A DNA stretch of 64,000 nucleotides. It comes from Heteronotia binoei. Its lineage: Eukaryota. Below the pieces are notes generated by a model. It made no database searches, was not told the origin of the DNA, and saw only the letters and a list, made by a program, of their open reading frames with translations. Shown here piece after piece: positions 33,646-46,135 of this stretch (positions are counted from its first letter, which is position 1; the number at the start of each line of letters is the position of its first letter). The position numbers were made by a program, and so were the translations under genes. The stretch lies in assembly GCF_032191835.1 (NCBI RefSeq), contig NC_083229.1, positions 38,006,001-38,070,000 on the forward strand, written 5' to 3'.

Positions 33646-35156
33646 ATGTCAGAAAGTCACTCGGTTCTATCTAATATTCTTAAAAGAGGCAGACTGATCT
33701 CTCCTGGCAACAGTGCAAGATATTGCAGCTTTAAAGAGTCTTGCTCTCCTTCCATATTTCATGACAGTGGATACAATGGATCATTAAAAGATCCCAGCTT
33801 TCATTATACCAGTGTAGAATATAAGGGAGAGCAGAATGAAAGAGGTCTACCTGAACATTCAAAATACTCGCATTCTAGTTTATGTACTTCAGTATCGTCT
33901 CCTGCTGAGCATGAAAATGTTATATTTTTATCAGAAAGAAGGGATCTTGGCCTGTGTACAGACTTCTTTGAAACACCCAAAGTTGCTAAAAAAGACTTGT
34001 CACTCCGCAGAAGACTGCTTGTGTCTAAAGCAGCTTCTGTTGGTGCTATAGGATGGTCTGAGAAACAAACTTGTTTGGGGAGCAGCCAGAAAAAAAAATC
34101 TGTACCTCACTTTCTTAGTTTTGATGAAAGAGTTTCAAAGTGTGCCTTGGATTCTCCGAGGGTGATGAGCTATAAGCCTTTGGCGACTAGTACCTTAAAA
34201 ATTGAAGATCCTTCTCCTAGTTGTCAAAAATTAAGGCATGTATTTTCACAGCAGAGAACTTCCACAGTAGATGATTCAAACTCTCAGGGCAGCCTATTGT
34301 CAGAATCAGTCTGTTTATCTCCAATCCAGCCTAAATCTCCCATAAACTCTTTTGTTGCAAACACACCTTATAGCTTTGCTGACAGTGCTCTTACCAGTTT
34401 TAACCATCAAAGCACCTACTCAGAGTTAGTTAGGACTCCTAAACGTGTGTTGCCTGAGACCAGTGTAGATGGATTTGTCACACCCATCAATAGACTTATA
34501 GAAGGCTTTCATTTTAATACATCTGAGATAAACACTTCCCCAGCTAAAGCGCTAAGTGACTCCGACCTCTTAGCTTCTGATAGTAGCTGCAGTAGTTTAC
34601 TTGGCTTAGATAAATCAGAAGATTCCTTGACAGATCAGGAGGGATCTTTCCAAGAACTACTTCAAAAACATAATGAATCACCTGTTGTTCTGAACTCTGG
34701 AAGAAAGGTAAGAATAAGAAAGCTGCAGCGTTCAAGAAGGCTATCCACTCTTTCAGAATGTGGCTCACAATCAGAAAAAGAAGAAGACTGTGCTAATGCT
34801 AATCCAAAATGCAAGCGGAAAACAGTAGATGGTTCTATCAATGAAGAAAGTAAATTGTTTTTTAATAAGGAAGACAAACACACAGTTTTGAATCTTGAAG
34901 ATTTAACAAGAACCCCTGCTTTGCAAATGATTCATGAGGTCTTTATGCAAAGCAGAAGTAAAAATACAAAGCAAAATGACCTATCTAGGAATATAGATGG
35001 AACTGACATATCTGTTCTGAAGTGTATCATCGCTAGACTCATTGGCAAGAAAATGGGACTTGAGAAACTAGACATATTAACAGAATTAAAAGAGAGAGAC
35101 TTAAAACATGTTCTTGGTATGATTTTAGGTATCATGACTGTGGAAGGCCTATGCAG
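33646..35156 (+). CDS. FBXO43: FBXO43 (Emi2/Erp1) large coding exon
   Basis: Acceptor at 33624, ATG 33646, donor after 35156; DSGYNGS degron, QRTST and RRLSTL phospho-motifs, N-terminal part of the F-box. An upstream coding exon cannot be excluded. Confidence 0.95.
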
Positions 35157-35641
35157 GTAAGAGAGAAAATGGTAGATTATACATAGTCCTAGATTCTCCC
35201 CCACCTTACACCCCTGCCCCAGTCTTGGTATAAACAAATTGAAATTTACTTAATATATTGCTTAATGTAATTTTTTTCAAATTGACATTTGACAAATAAC
35301 CATGACAATATTGTTTTGTTTGTTTGTCTCATAAATTGAAAGATTATGTATGTCATCAAAGTTTGAGAAATTGCTAGAGCTGGCTCTTAAAACACTTATA
35401 AATACTGGCATATGTCCTGACATCATTCAAAAGTATCTGAATTAGCATGTTCAGTTTGTCTTGTTTTGCTGTTTAGCAGCCCCAAAGCATGGTGTGATAT
35501 AAGTGTTTTCCCCATCAGGCCCAATACTGCATTTATTATTGGCATGGCTTCTGCAGGCTTGCTAGTGTAGCCAAAGCAGTCCCATCCCTTGAACTGTGGC
35601 ATTATGTTTAAATAGTGGCTGATGGTGGTTCTTTATTTCAG

Positions 35642-35744
35642 TATGTGGGAAGTAAGCAAAAACTGGCGAGAAATTGTTGGACAAGATAAACATGCAAATC
35701 AACGAAGGAAACTATACATAAAGCAGTTGAGAACAGGAACTAAG
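35642..35744 (+). CDS. FBXO43: FBXO43 exon ([34 protein letters not shown])
   Basis: 103-nt AG/GT exon completing the F-box; matches recalled human VWKVSRNWREIVVQDKNANRRRK. Confidence 0.95.
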
Positions 35745-36054
35745 GTAACAAACCTCTACATGGGCAATTATTGAATGGTGTTCTGAAGAGATGGAATAAA
35801 GCTCCAGATTTACAATGGAAAGCTTCCCTCATAATGAGTCTTTCTGTATATATATGCTTACTGATTGAAACATACCATCTTGATGAGTCCAGCCATACTC
35901 AAGTTTATGTTAAAATTGTTTTTTGTGTACATAATTTGGAGATGCCCTTCTGACCCAGAAACAGGTTCTGAAGGCAGATTTGGGGGATATAGGATTTTTG
36001 GGTCTCTTGGCTCCTGTTCCATGCTCTGTCAAGAATCAGTGGCAGACTCTAATC

Positions 36055-36309
36055 TGGAATCCAGTTTGGTGTAGTGGTTAAGTTCATGGATTCTTATCTG
36101 GGAGAAATGGGTTTGACTCCCCACTCCTCCACCTGCACCTGCTGGAATGGCCTTGGGTCAGCCACACCTCTTGTAGAAGTTGTCCTTGAAAGGGCTGCAA
36201 GAGCTCTCAGCCCCACCCACCTCACAGGGTGTCTGCTACTGGGGGAGGTAAAGGAGATTGTGACTGCTGAGACACTGAGATTCTGAGTATAGGGCGAGAT
36301 ATAAATCCA
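36055..36309 (+). mobile_element. Squam3-like SINE; its tail is split by the L1-like insertion and resumes at 38599-38625
   Basis: tggtgtagtggttaag head, ctcacagggtgt core, gatataaatcca tail; aatgtcatcttct continuation after 38612. Confidence 0.8.
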
Positions 36310-38598
36310 GTTTTTATATAATTTTTATCGGTTTTAAGTACAAAAGAAAAAGCATAAGCACAGATACAAAAAGGAAAAACAAAAGGGGAGAGGGGGAGGA
36401 CATATACAGAATGGGAAAGGCAGGGTGGGGGGGGGGGAAGGAAGAATACAAGTATATCTATTTTAAGTCTACCTCCAAATAAAATATCCAATTCGTTCTA
36501 CCTGCAAGTATAAAATTCTTCATATATTTTGCCATCTTTATCTTCCATTATAAAACATTTTTACCAAACTGTTATTTGCAATTCAAGTCTAAACAGTTCT
36601 TCTTCAACACATATAAATCTGAACAAGTCAGAGCAGTCTCAGCACAAAACTTACTACTTTGGTTAACCTTGTTAAAAAAAACAAACTAATTTATCAGTTT
36701 ATCACTATCATTAACAGAGACATGAAAAATTCATATCTTTATCCTTAAAACCCCCCCTAAAAATACAACCTGGTATAATGTCTATTTCAATATAAGCAGT
36801 TTCTCCTGAGAGACATTATTAACAAAAAAAAATCTAGCAGTTTACATAACATCTTATTGTCTACCTTTTTAACATTTAATCCACCTCTTGTATACCTATT
36901 GGGCTAGGAAAAACAGCTTTTTATGACCCAAAAATGAAAATCTCAAACCTGTTCTTATTGAGCGTTACCTACCCAACTATCCAAAATAAAAACATTTCAG
37001 GAAATCCTCTTTACTAGAAAGAAATTAATCTCCTAAATTATAGATTAACTTGTAAAATTACCCATATCTATAACAAACATGGAAACTAATATTATCTATT
37101 GAAAACAAGTTCAACAATTTGTCAAGAAATTATGTTATCTGTCTTCTTAAAAATTAAAAAGATTATTTTTACATAAAATTCTTTTCAAAAACTTTTTGGG
37201 CCTTTAACTTTTAAATTCATATTGTTTTAAGCAAGACAGCTTATTCTAGCCCAAAAACAAAAGGAAAAAAAAAGAAATTTCACAACCTAATTTCACATAT
37301 CAGAATTTTTTACAGAGTCCCATGTCCAGCTCTCCACTGAGAAAAGTCTAATTCAGGAGAGTCTTCTTTTTTAAAGATTTCCACATCATGATTTTCTAAA
37401 TGAAATACAGTATTTTTTGCACCATAAGACTCACTTTTCCCCCCAAAAAAAGTGGAGGGAAAAGTGTGTGCGTCTTAAGGAGCGAATACTGCAAAAAATT
37501 CACACAAATGCCTCTAAATTCTCTTACTTCTTAAAGCAGTCATCCTTCTTGAAGGAGATAAGAAAAATTGCACAGCCTTTGTTCCTCTCAACCTAGCCTG
37601 AGGCAATCTCCATTTCCGGTCCTATTTTTTTAAATGCGCCACAAGATTCCATTTTAATTTTCTTTTGTTGATTTCCCAACAGCTCACTCTCCCATTTCGA
37701 TTCCACAGACATCACCAGGTTCTCTTCAGCACTCTGCTCATGTAGAGCTGAGATTTTGCTAGCTTTTAGCAAAAAAGCTGCCATTTGCTTCTCAACCAAA
37801 TCAGCCAATAAACCAAGATCTTGCCTCAGAGATTTTAAACTGCTCAAAATGTCTTTATAAGGAATTTCACTTGGCAAAGCCATTTTTTTGTCAGCAAACT
37901 CAGTCCATTAATCCTGATTAAACAGTAGCTCAGAGTCCCAGATAGCCCGCCTTCTCAGACTCCTCCAACTGAAGTCTTAGATGTTAATGTATGAATTTCA
38001 GATCAGACAACAAGGAAAAATCCCTCTAACAGGTATCTCATTTTGTTCAGACCATATTGCAGCTAAATAATAGTCTCTTTAACAGATATCCAATTATGAT
38101 CTGGGTCAATTTAAATGTCCGTATTCTGATTAATTCAAATTGTTTCCAGTGTTTAAAGATGTTCTTTGACTTTCCACGGCCTCATTCACAGGGAAATTAG
38201 AGACATCAATCTCTTTCCCTTCCTTTGAACTACTAAGTCATTAGACTATAAAAAAGACCCATTAACGTTTGGCAATTGAAAGCAAACTTACTTGCATTGC
38301 AGATTTGTCGTGCTTGAGATAGAGGGTTGATAGATCAAAAGCTTGTTAGAGAAAAGAAAGGCAAGCAGTCGAGCGTTCGTCTCTTGTTGCTGTATTAGCG
38401 GTCGCGACGGGAAGAGAAGGTACAGGAGCAACAGCCATTGCGCCCGTTCCGCTGTGAAAGCCCCATGCCCAAGAGACCCTCCTAGAGTCTCTTTGGGGGT
38501 GTCAGATCCGTGACACCCCTCCCCCTGCCCGATCAGGGGGAGTCACAAGCAGGAGAGCTCGCGATTCCACCTGCTAGCAAGACGTGGCCCAGAAGTCA
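36310..38598 (-). mobile_element. Non-autonomous L1-like retroposon (2.3 kb) with TSD
   Basis: GACTTC(T)GG 5' start, CpG-rich 5'UTR, 96-aa ORF (37593-37883), C/T-rich 3'UTR and A-rich tail; 14-bp TSD gagatataaatcca/gggatataaattca; no ORF2. Confidence 0.7.
37408..37491. mobile_element. Tc1/mariner-pogo (Tigger-like) MITE nested in the L1-like element
   Basis: TA|cagtatt..cgc(a/t)ccataagac(g)cac TIRs, about 84 bp. Confidence 0.75.
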
Positions 38599-39328
38599 GG
38601 GATATAAATTCAATGTCATCTTCTATCTAATCATCTGGCAGGTCACATCCCGTCAATTTCTTTTACTTGCCAGTTGCCACACATATATGTGTCATTTCTT
38701 TACTATAGAATTTTACATGGCTTCCTGAGGGTCCTTCTCACTGAGAACTCCCTCCAAAATATACTGATGCTCAGTAACAGCAGGCAGACTTCCCTGCAGT
38801 GGCCAGCACTGAATTCCTGTAATATGCAGCCTTAAATGAGAAGTTGGTCTGCACAGTTGAACAGCATTGTGAAGCCCCCAAAGGCCCAGACATTGTTCTG
38901 GATCAGGTTCAGGCTAAGACAACAGGAAATCCAATCAGGGATCTGCAACTCTTAACATTTCTATTAATTAATAGCAGCTATTGTGGGGCAGGAGAATTGA
39001 ATTAGGGCTAACATTTTTTGTTTAAAACATTATCTGGGTACTCAGTTTTCCTGAAGACTACTGCTTTCCTTCCTTATGTTGCTCTTTGCCCCAACAGGAA
39101 AAACACATGGAATGCATGGTAGAATCCTCCCTCCCCCCCCGCCCCCCCGGAAATCTTCTGCATTGTTCTGTGGTTCCATGGCAGATGTATGCATTCTTTT
39201 TGTTATTGCTTATGTGATCTGCACAAGATTTATATAAAGTTTAAAGAACATGGCTGATGTAAAATTGTACACTGAGCCTTAAATAGATGGATGAAATAAA
39301 GTAAAGTAAGATGCTGGCAACTTAACAG

Positions 39329-39514
39329 GGGCGCATGCCAGAAGCTGAAGATGTTTCCACAAGACTTATGATGGCTAGATTTGCGCTTAGACCGGTCCAG
39401 GCTCAAGCAAAACCTGCAGTATTACAGATGGAGTCGTCTTGGATTGAGTTTTTGACACCCAGGGGATGCAGTCCTCTTCATCAATCAGCTAGTAAGCAAG
39501 AAGCATATGTAAAG
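39329..39514 (+). CDS. FBXO43: FBXO43 exon with D-box (RFAL) and Cdk TP site
   Basis: 186-nt phase-0 exon GRMPEAEDVSTRL...SKQEAYVK; gtagga donor. Confidence 0.93.
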
Positions 39515-39649
39515 GTAGGAATCTGCATCCAGCAGCTTAAAACAAAAAAGGAGGGAGGTAAAAAGGTAAAAAAGAGGTAAAAAAAAGTAAAGCACTATAG
39601 ATGGGACAAATGTTGGGCAATCAATTTTAGTGGGCTATAAAAGGACAAA

Positions 39650-39840
39650 GAGCTCTGTGGCGCAGAGTGGTAAAGCTGCGCTACTGTAGTCAAACTCTCT
39701 GCTCATGACCTGAGTTCAATCCCTGCGGAAGCTGGGTTCAGGTAGCCGGCTCAAGGTTGACTTAGCCTTCCATGGTCGGTTAAAATGAGTACCCAGCTTG
39801 CTGGGGGTAAAGTGTAGATGACTGGGGAAGGCAATGGCAA
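39650..39840 (+). mobile_element. Sauria-type SINE (5' part)
   Basis: gtggcgcagagtggtaaagctgc tRNA-like head; tail truncated. Confidence 0.85.
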
Positions 39841-39847
39841 GGAAATG

Positions 39848-40101
39848 AAAGGTCCCCTGTGCAAGCACCAGTTGTTTCCAACTCTGGGGTGATGTTGCTC
39901 TCACAATGTTTTCACGGCAGACTTTTTACGGGGTGGTTTGCCATTGCCTTCCCCAGTCATACTCGTTTTACCAACCTCGGAAGGATGGAAGGCTTGAGCT
40001 GGCTACCTGAAAACCCAGCTTCCACTGGGGATTGAACTCAAGTCGTGAGCAGAGAGTTTGACTACAGTACCGCAGCTTTACCACTCTGCGCCACAGAGCT
40101 C
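39848..40101 (-). mobile_element. Sauria-type SINE, inverted partner of 39650-39840
   Basis: cccctgtgcaagcaccag...ccactctgcgccac on +. Confidence 0.85.
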
Positions 40102-40598
40102 TTTGTCCAGTACTGCAGTTTTAACACTCTGCTGCGAAAACAGCTGTAATGTGATGTCACCCCAGAATCAGAAACAACTGGTCCTTGCACAGGGGACTAT
40201 CTTTCCCTTTTTAAATGAGGACAGTGGTATCCTATATGTTTCGGGAAAGTGATAGACCTTCATCATTGCTCAACAGTTGCTTCTTGCTTTTATTTCTTCT
40301 GCAAATAAAAATGTCTTGATTATTTGTTCTTACTGGGTTGAACCCAGACTAACTATTCCATCCCTTTTCTTGCCTCCCGTCTCCTACCAGTCTCCATAAA
40401 ATGCTGCTCCTGAGTGATAGGCACCTTGAGGAATGATGTGAAGGAGAGAATGGGTGGAAATTGCCTATTTGGTCAAGACTCAACCTATTGATTTTTATGT
40501 AAACAACATTTATGTTAATTCCACTGCAAATCTCTAGGAAGTATAATATGGGATTGATGAAATAACCTATAAAATGCCTGACTATTCTTCCCCTATAG

Positions 40599-40847
40599 GT
40601 TGCTAAAAGTCTCTTGAGTGATGAAGCTTTAAAGCCTTGTCCAAGGTGTCAGTGCCCAGCTAAATACCAGCCCTTAAAGAAACGTGGGCTCTGTAGCCAA
40701 GAAGACTGTGCATTTGACTTCTGCATTTCATGTCTATGTGCTTTCCATGGATCAAAAGATTGTTACAGTTCATCTGCTAAATGGAAAAACAGAAAAGATG
40801 CTCTGCCAGGAAGTGCCAAAAGCAAAAGAAACTTAAAACGTCTCTAA
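40599..40847 (+). CDS. FBXO43: FBXO43 last exon: ZBR domain and RL tail
   Basis: [17 protein letters not shown]...C..C..H...C...KSKRNLKRL*; total spliced CDS 2049 nt = 682 aa + stop. Confidence 0.97.
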   Translation, partial: VAKSLLSDEALKPCPRCQCPAKYQPLKKRGLCSQEDCAFDFCISCLCAFHGSKDCYSSSAKWKNRKDALPGSAKSKRNLKRL

Positions 40848-41078
40848 ACATACTGGAATCAATGGAATGCATTCTCCTACCCCTATTCCCAAATCTGTAT
40901 GATAGCATTTTAACAATTATGCATTTTGAAAGTATTAAGTTATTGTGCCCGTAAATCAAGCAAATAATTTCCCATATAAATATCCCAAATAACTTTTGAT
41001 ACATTTTTGAAAAAAGTGAAAAAATTTTAAACTTTGCCTTGTGTTTGTCACTTTGCTAGTTGCACTGAGTGATATTTC

Positions 41079-41084
41079 AATAAA
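41079..41084 (+). terminator. FBXO43: FBXO43 polyadenylation signal
   Basis: First AATAAA about 230 nt after the stop, followed by T/GT-rich sequence. Confidence 0.6.
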
Positions 41085-41220
41085 GTACTTTCAATACAGT
41101 TTTGTGTCATTTAATCCCATTTGGGAATTTTAATTACACTGGCAAAGATGCTGTGGTACATTTTTTCCTGGGATGGTCATCCACAGGCAATATAGCAAAG
41201 ATTAAAGTGTATTAGATCCA

Positions 41221-41370
41221 AGCAGGCAGCCGTGTTGGTCTGAAGCAGCTGAACAAAGCAGGAGTCAAGTTGCACCTTTAAGACCAACCAATTTTTATTT
41301 AGAACGTAAGCTTAAGCACACTTCATCAGACGAGGAATCCAGCACAGTGAACAAAGCCATACATAGCTGA
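41221..41370 (-). mobile_element. Penelope-like remnant
   Basis: cgt-CTGATGA-A-gtgtgc-[deletion]-aagctt-acg plus the PLE terminus. Confidence 0.7.
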
Positions 41371-41494
41371 GCAGAGTAGTAGCTGAGCATAGTAGATACG
41401 TTTAACTACTATGCACTGACTGAAAATGAGGCTACGCTAAGCCTTTCCTTAATGGGAAAAAAATTCCAAAGGTGCATGGGTGTTATGCCCTCAC

Positions 41495-41690
41495 CTGCTC
41501 AGGCTAGCCCACTCTTGTAAGATTTTGGGAGTTAAGCAGGGTTGGCCTGGTTAGTGTTTAGACGGGAGACCACCAAGGAAGACCAGAGTTGTGATGCAGA
41601 GGGAGGCAATAGCAAACTACTTCTGAATGTCTTGAAAACCCTACAGGGTTGCCATAAGTCAGCTGTAATTTGATGGTAAAAAAAAGGTGG
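41495..41690 (+). mobile_element. 5S-rRNA-derived SINE
   Basis: Degenerate 5S head (aagcagggttggcctggttagtgtttagacgggagacc) with a BovB-like tail (gggttgccataagtc). Confidence 0.75.
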
Positions 41691-43649
41691 TAGTATCACT
41701 TTATTATTTTATCTAACTGGCTAACCTTTTAAATATTTTTTCTTTAATTTATTCTTGCACTATGGGCACTTGGTGGAATAACTGAATTAAAATTATACCT
41801 GGCCATGAATCACTGCAGCTGTTGCAGCAGATGTTTTATGGTAGGTTGTCATGTGTAATATATTCAGTATAAAAATGGGGCTTTAGGCAGCTGCTCTTCT
41901 GACAGACTAAAGATCTGGTAAAATAGCATCTTGCCTACAATTTGGTAGGCAGGAACCTTTGGATGAGGGCTACAGTACTTAAGAATTTCATCCCAAGTGG
42001 ATGGAGTAGGGGGAGATCCAAAAAGATCTTATACCCTCCACTGGTCCCAGAATGGAGAGGCTTCAGCCTACTTGCTTGAAATTTTGGAGGGAGGTTTTTC
42101 TTTGCTGAAAGTCAGATTCTTGAAACACCTTGAATAACAAATTTCTGGCTACAAAAGTGTCTGGAAACTTGAGCTCACTTTGTCAAAGGCATGAAGTGAC
42201 TGCTCTATCAGCAAGTTTATTTTACTAAACTGTAAGGAAAGCAAAATGGTTAATGATGGGTTTAAGAGGCTTTAAGTGGTGTTTTTCTTCTCTCTGATAG
42301 AAAGGTGACTTACCAGGAAGGTTATTATACCACAGAGAGAAGGGTGATGGGGAAGAACTATAATATTGCTGTAATGTTAATCCTTAAGATGCTTTAAGAC
42401 TCTTGTTTTATGCTTCTTTGATACAATTACCTCATTAAAATCTGTATTTTTTGCACAATTCCAGTTCTTGAAAATCTCATTTAAGGGAGGGAATGAGGGG
42501 AGCTGATTACCCATTAAAATGATTACCAAACTGATTAAGAATTGAAACATGTGACACATATTACAAAATGCAAAGTCTTTTTACTAAACAAAACAACCTG
42601 AATCCAAATAAAAATGTAAATGTTTCCATTCCTGTTGGTGTTGGGAAATAATATCTGATACCTCATTGGAATAACATTCTATCTGCAAGGTCCCTTACTG
42701 CCTTTAAATTTTGCTTTGAAACATATTAAAAATCCTCTTTTCAAGCTTTAGGTCCCTTGAGTGTCACTAAGATTGTTTAGAAGGACCCACCTTGGCAATG
42801 CTGTTTTTCTATAGCTGCAGATGTATTGATATGTCACATAAAAGCTCTATGGACACTGCTGCACTAAGGGACTCTAGTGTGCATTCTAGGAACTTGAATT
42901 GTTTTGATTGCTTTTTGAAAAATACCACTTGGCATTTGCACAATTTACAGCTTGTCATGAAAAGGGGGCAAGCAGAATAAATCAACACATGTTTAAATGT
43001 TCTGCCTTTCTTGAGGCATCATGAACAAGACTTCCAAAAGGTCTCCCATCCAGAGCTTGAGCAGACTTCAAACTGCTTAGCTTCAGCCATATTGCCATAG
43101 GATGTGCCTTCCAGTAGCACACAAGAGTTCTGCTTGAAAGGAAAAACCTTTCAAATGCATAAAAGGGTTTTACCCCACTTTTTACTACAACTTTTTTTGT
43201 TTTATGTGAAGCTAAGTATTCGCCACGGAATGTTCTGGTAACACAGCTGTGTGGAAACATCCAGAATACTTCATACTTTTTTTGTTTTATTGAATTTCCC
43301 TTGTAGAGCAGCTGTCATCATCCCTGATCTGTTTAAGGTGCAGGAAGCTGAAAGGGCTCAAGCCTGTCTAATTCCTTTTTAGCCGACAGGAACGGGGGAG
43401 CTCACAGAAGACAGTCCAAGTAATAAATTATATCTGCTTCTAGTATGGCACTCCTTGGGGATGGCTTGTAACTCTAAGTGACAGAATGTGGCAGCGTTCT
43501 TGAAAAACACATTGTCAGGTTGGCTTTATTCCAGCAGTATGTTAGTTAGGCTTCTGGGTGCTGGATGTTTCAATGAATTTATTCAAGGTATTTTTGTGCG
43601 AGAGGGGGAAATGAGAGGAAATCAAATGTGAAAGAGTAATCAACAGTTT

Positions 43650-44690
43650 TTTTAAATCAAGTGTATTTACAGCCCACCTTGGTGAGACTCAAGGCAGATT
43701 ACAGAACAAACAGCAGAGCCATCCAATTAACAGGGCAGCAGGAGTATGATTACAGAACTGGACACAGTGCAAACAACTGAACTAACAAACTGTTTAAGGC
43801 ATGACACTATAAAACAAAGCAGGTAGCAAAGATAGAACACAGTGCAGTAAAAGGAAGGTTAGCTGCATACAAAAACATTGCAGTAGACTGAATTTATCCC
43901 TTATAAAGCAATTTCCCATGCTGTTTCCATTATTCTACAGTTCTAATCCCATTATAAAAATGCCTTCTTCAATACTTCTGTTTTGCACATACGGTGGAAT
44001 TAGAAGCCGGGGAGGGGGGCTGACAACCTCAAGCAAGCTGTTCCACAAGGTGGGAACCACAACCAGGAATGCATGTGCCAAACGTACCCATTACCAGAGT
44101 GATAGGTTTTACTCACATTAATGAAGCTGTCACAGGGAAACATAATAGGAGAGGCGCCCCTGAAAATATGTGGGCCCAAGGCTATTAAGGATTACCAGAA
44201 ACTTGAACTGGGTCTGGTAACTAACTGGTAACAATTAAGTGTCTGCAGCATGAGTGTGATATGCACATTCTGCCTACTGCCTGACAGCTGTGGTGTTTTG
44301 TGCCAATTAAGAGTTCCTGAATTGCTTTTAAGGGCAAACCCAGTGTATTGCAGTAGTCCAGCTGTGTAGTCATAGCACAGATTCAGGATGGCCAAACTGT
44401 GTCTTAGGAGCCACAAGTGGCTCATTTACACATATTGTGAGCCGGCTTGGAGGAGGCATTTGTCTAGCTAAATCACTTGTCCATGCCAAGCCAGCTGGTA
44501 GTTTAGAGAATGCATTTAAAGCTGCTTTCATTCCATCTTTACCTCCCTCCTCCATCAATTTGCCTGCCTGCCTTCTCTCAAACACAACATTAATTCTATG
44601 TGGCTTTTAGATTAAGCAAGTTTGGCTACCCCTGGCATAGATCAATGTGGCCAGATCAACGGAGTAAAGATAAAGGGCCGTCTTCAAGAT
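43650..44690 (-). mobile_element. Decayed L2 LINE 3' part
   Basis: LDYCNTL.GLPLK-like motif on - and an L2-type 3' tail near 43660. Confidence 0.7.
44384..44634 (-). mobile_element. hAT (Buster-like) MITE inside an L2
   Basis: Family similarity; TSD approx gcacagat/gcatagat. Confidence 0.8.
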
Positions 44691-45022
44691 CAGGGGTGGC
44701 CAAATTTGCTCAATTTAAGAGCCACATGGAATAAATGTCAGATGTTTGAGAGCTGCAAGACATGAATGTCAGATGTTTGAGAGCAGGTAGGAAGGGAGGG
44801 AAGAAAACAAATAGATGAGGGAAAGGAGGTAGAGGTGGAAAGAAAGCAACTTTAACTTTAAATGCATCCTCCGAGCTTCCAGCAGACTTGGCTCAGAAAA
44901 GTGATTTAAAGAGAGAAATGCCTTCTCCAAGCTGGCTGACAGGGTGGTGAGGGCTTTGAGAGTCAAACAATATGTGTGAAAGAGCCACCTGTGGCTCCTG
45001 AGCCACAGTTTGGACATCCCTG
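44691..45022 (+). mobile_element. hAT (Buster-like) MITE copy
   Basis: TIRs intact; TSD ttcaagat/ttctagat. Confidence 0.85.
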
Positions 45023-45914
45023 TTCTAGATTAAATGAAGCTAGAATGCCTTTTTTGCAGCTACATTAACTTGCTTCTCTAGCAATATTGCAGAGTCAAGT
45101 ATAACTTCTGGACTTTAACTGAGTCAGTGAGTGTCAGCTGGACTCCTTTAAAAGTGGGAAGCACAATGTCCTTCAAGGCCCCGGCCTTCCCAGCCTCCAT
45201 TACCTGTCTTGTCAGGATTCCCTTTCAAGGTGCTCTTATTTAAACCATTTGACAACAGTAGAAAGGCACTAGTTGAGGACCTCTACAGCAGCATCACCAG
45301 GTCATCTGGACAAAGAGATATAGAGCTAGTTAAGAACAGCAAGTGTATTGTGTACACAAACTATAAAATATTATAATTTGCTAAATTTGTTAGTAAAACT
45401 GCCCATAATGAATTCTAGAAAATTGCAAATATCAGCTTTCCTTCCTGCAGGAGGTATGCTAGTTCCTTTAGTTTGTATAAACTGTGACTAATCCCTCCAT
45501 CTGAATAACTCATGTACTATTGAGTTAGGAGTAGATTGGTATGACAGCACCAGATATGTGTGTTCAAGCATGTGTTGTGTAGAGTATACATATCACGTTC
45601 CTGCTGGTATCAGGAAACACTGCAACTCCCAATGGATCATGTATCCAGGCATATCTGGGTTTTGTTGCCATTTAATATGTGCGAATATCTTCAAGTAACA
45701 TCACAAAGCAGGAGTCCAATGGCATCTTGAAGACTAACATCATTTATTCTAATATCAGCCTTCATGAGTCAGAGCTCACAACCTCAGATACAATAAAGAA
45801 AATCAAGTGGCATGCCATGTGAACAGAGAGGTTACCTTCCAGAAATGTATTTTACATGACATTTCCCCCACATCAAAATTAGTCTTTTTTAAAAACCCAA
45901 ACCCTGTATGCAAG

Positions 45915-46135
45915 CATTCTGTAGTTTAGTGGTAAGAGTTGTCAGATTAGGATCCGGAGACCCGGTTCAAATCCCTATTCTGCCATAGAAGTTCACTAGG
46001 TGACCTTAGGTTTGTCACACTCACTCAGCCTAACCGACCTCACAGCGTTGTTGTGAGGATAAAATGGAAGAATTATGCAGGCTGCTTTGAGTTCCAATAA
46101 GGGAGAAAAGTGTATTATAAAAGAAGTAAATAAAT
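45915..46135 (+). mobile_element. Squam3/MIR-like SINE
   Basis: tgtagtttagtggtaagag head, ctcacagcgttgttgtgagg core. Confidence 0.65.

Noticed and set aside
40848-41084. Cytoplasmic polyadenylation elements expected for Emi2 mRNA
   Set aside because: No canonical UUUUAU or UUUUAAU found upstream of the AATAAA; a longer UTR cannot be judged from sequence alone.
41495-41580. 5S rRNA gene (also 50760-50860 and ~43040)
   Set aside because: Degenerate and fused to a BovB-like tail, so these are SINE heads.
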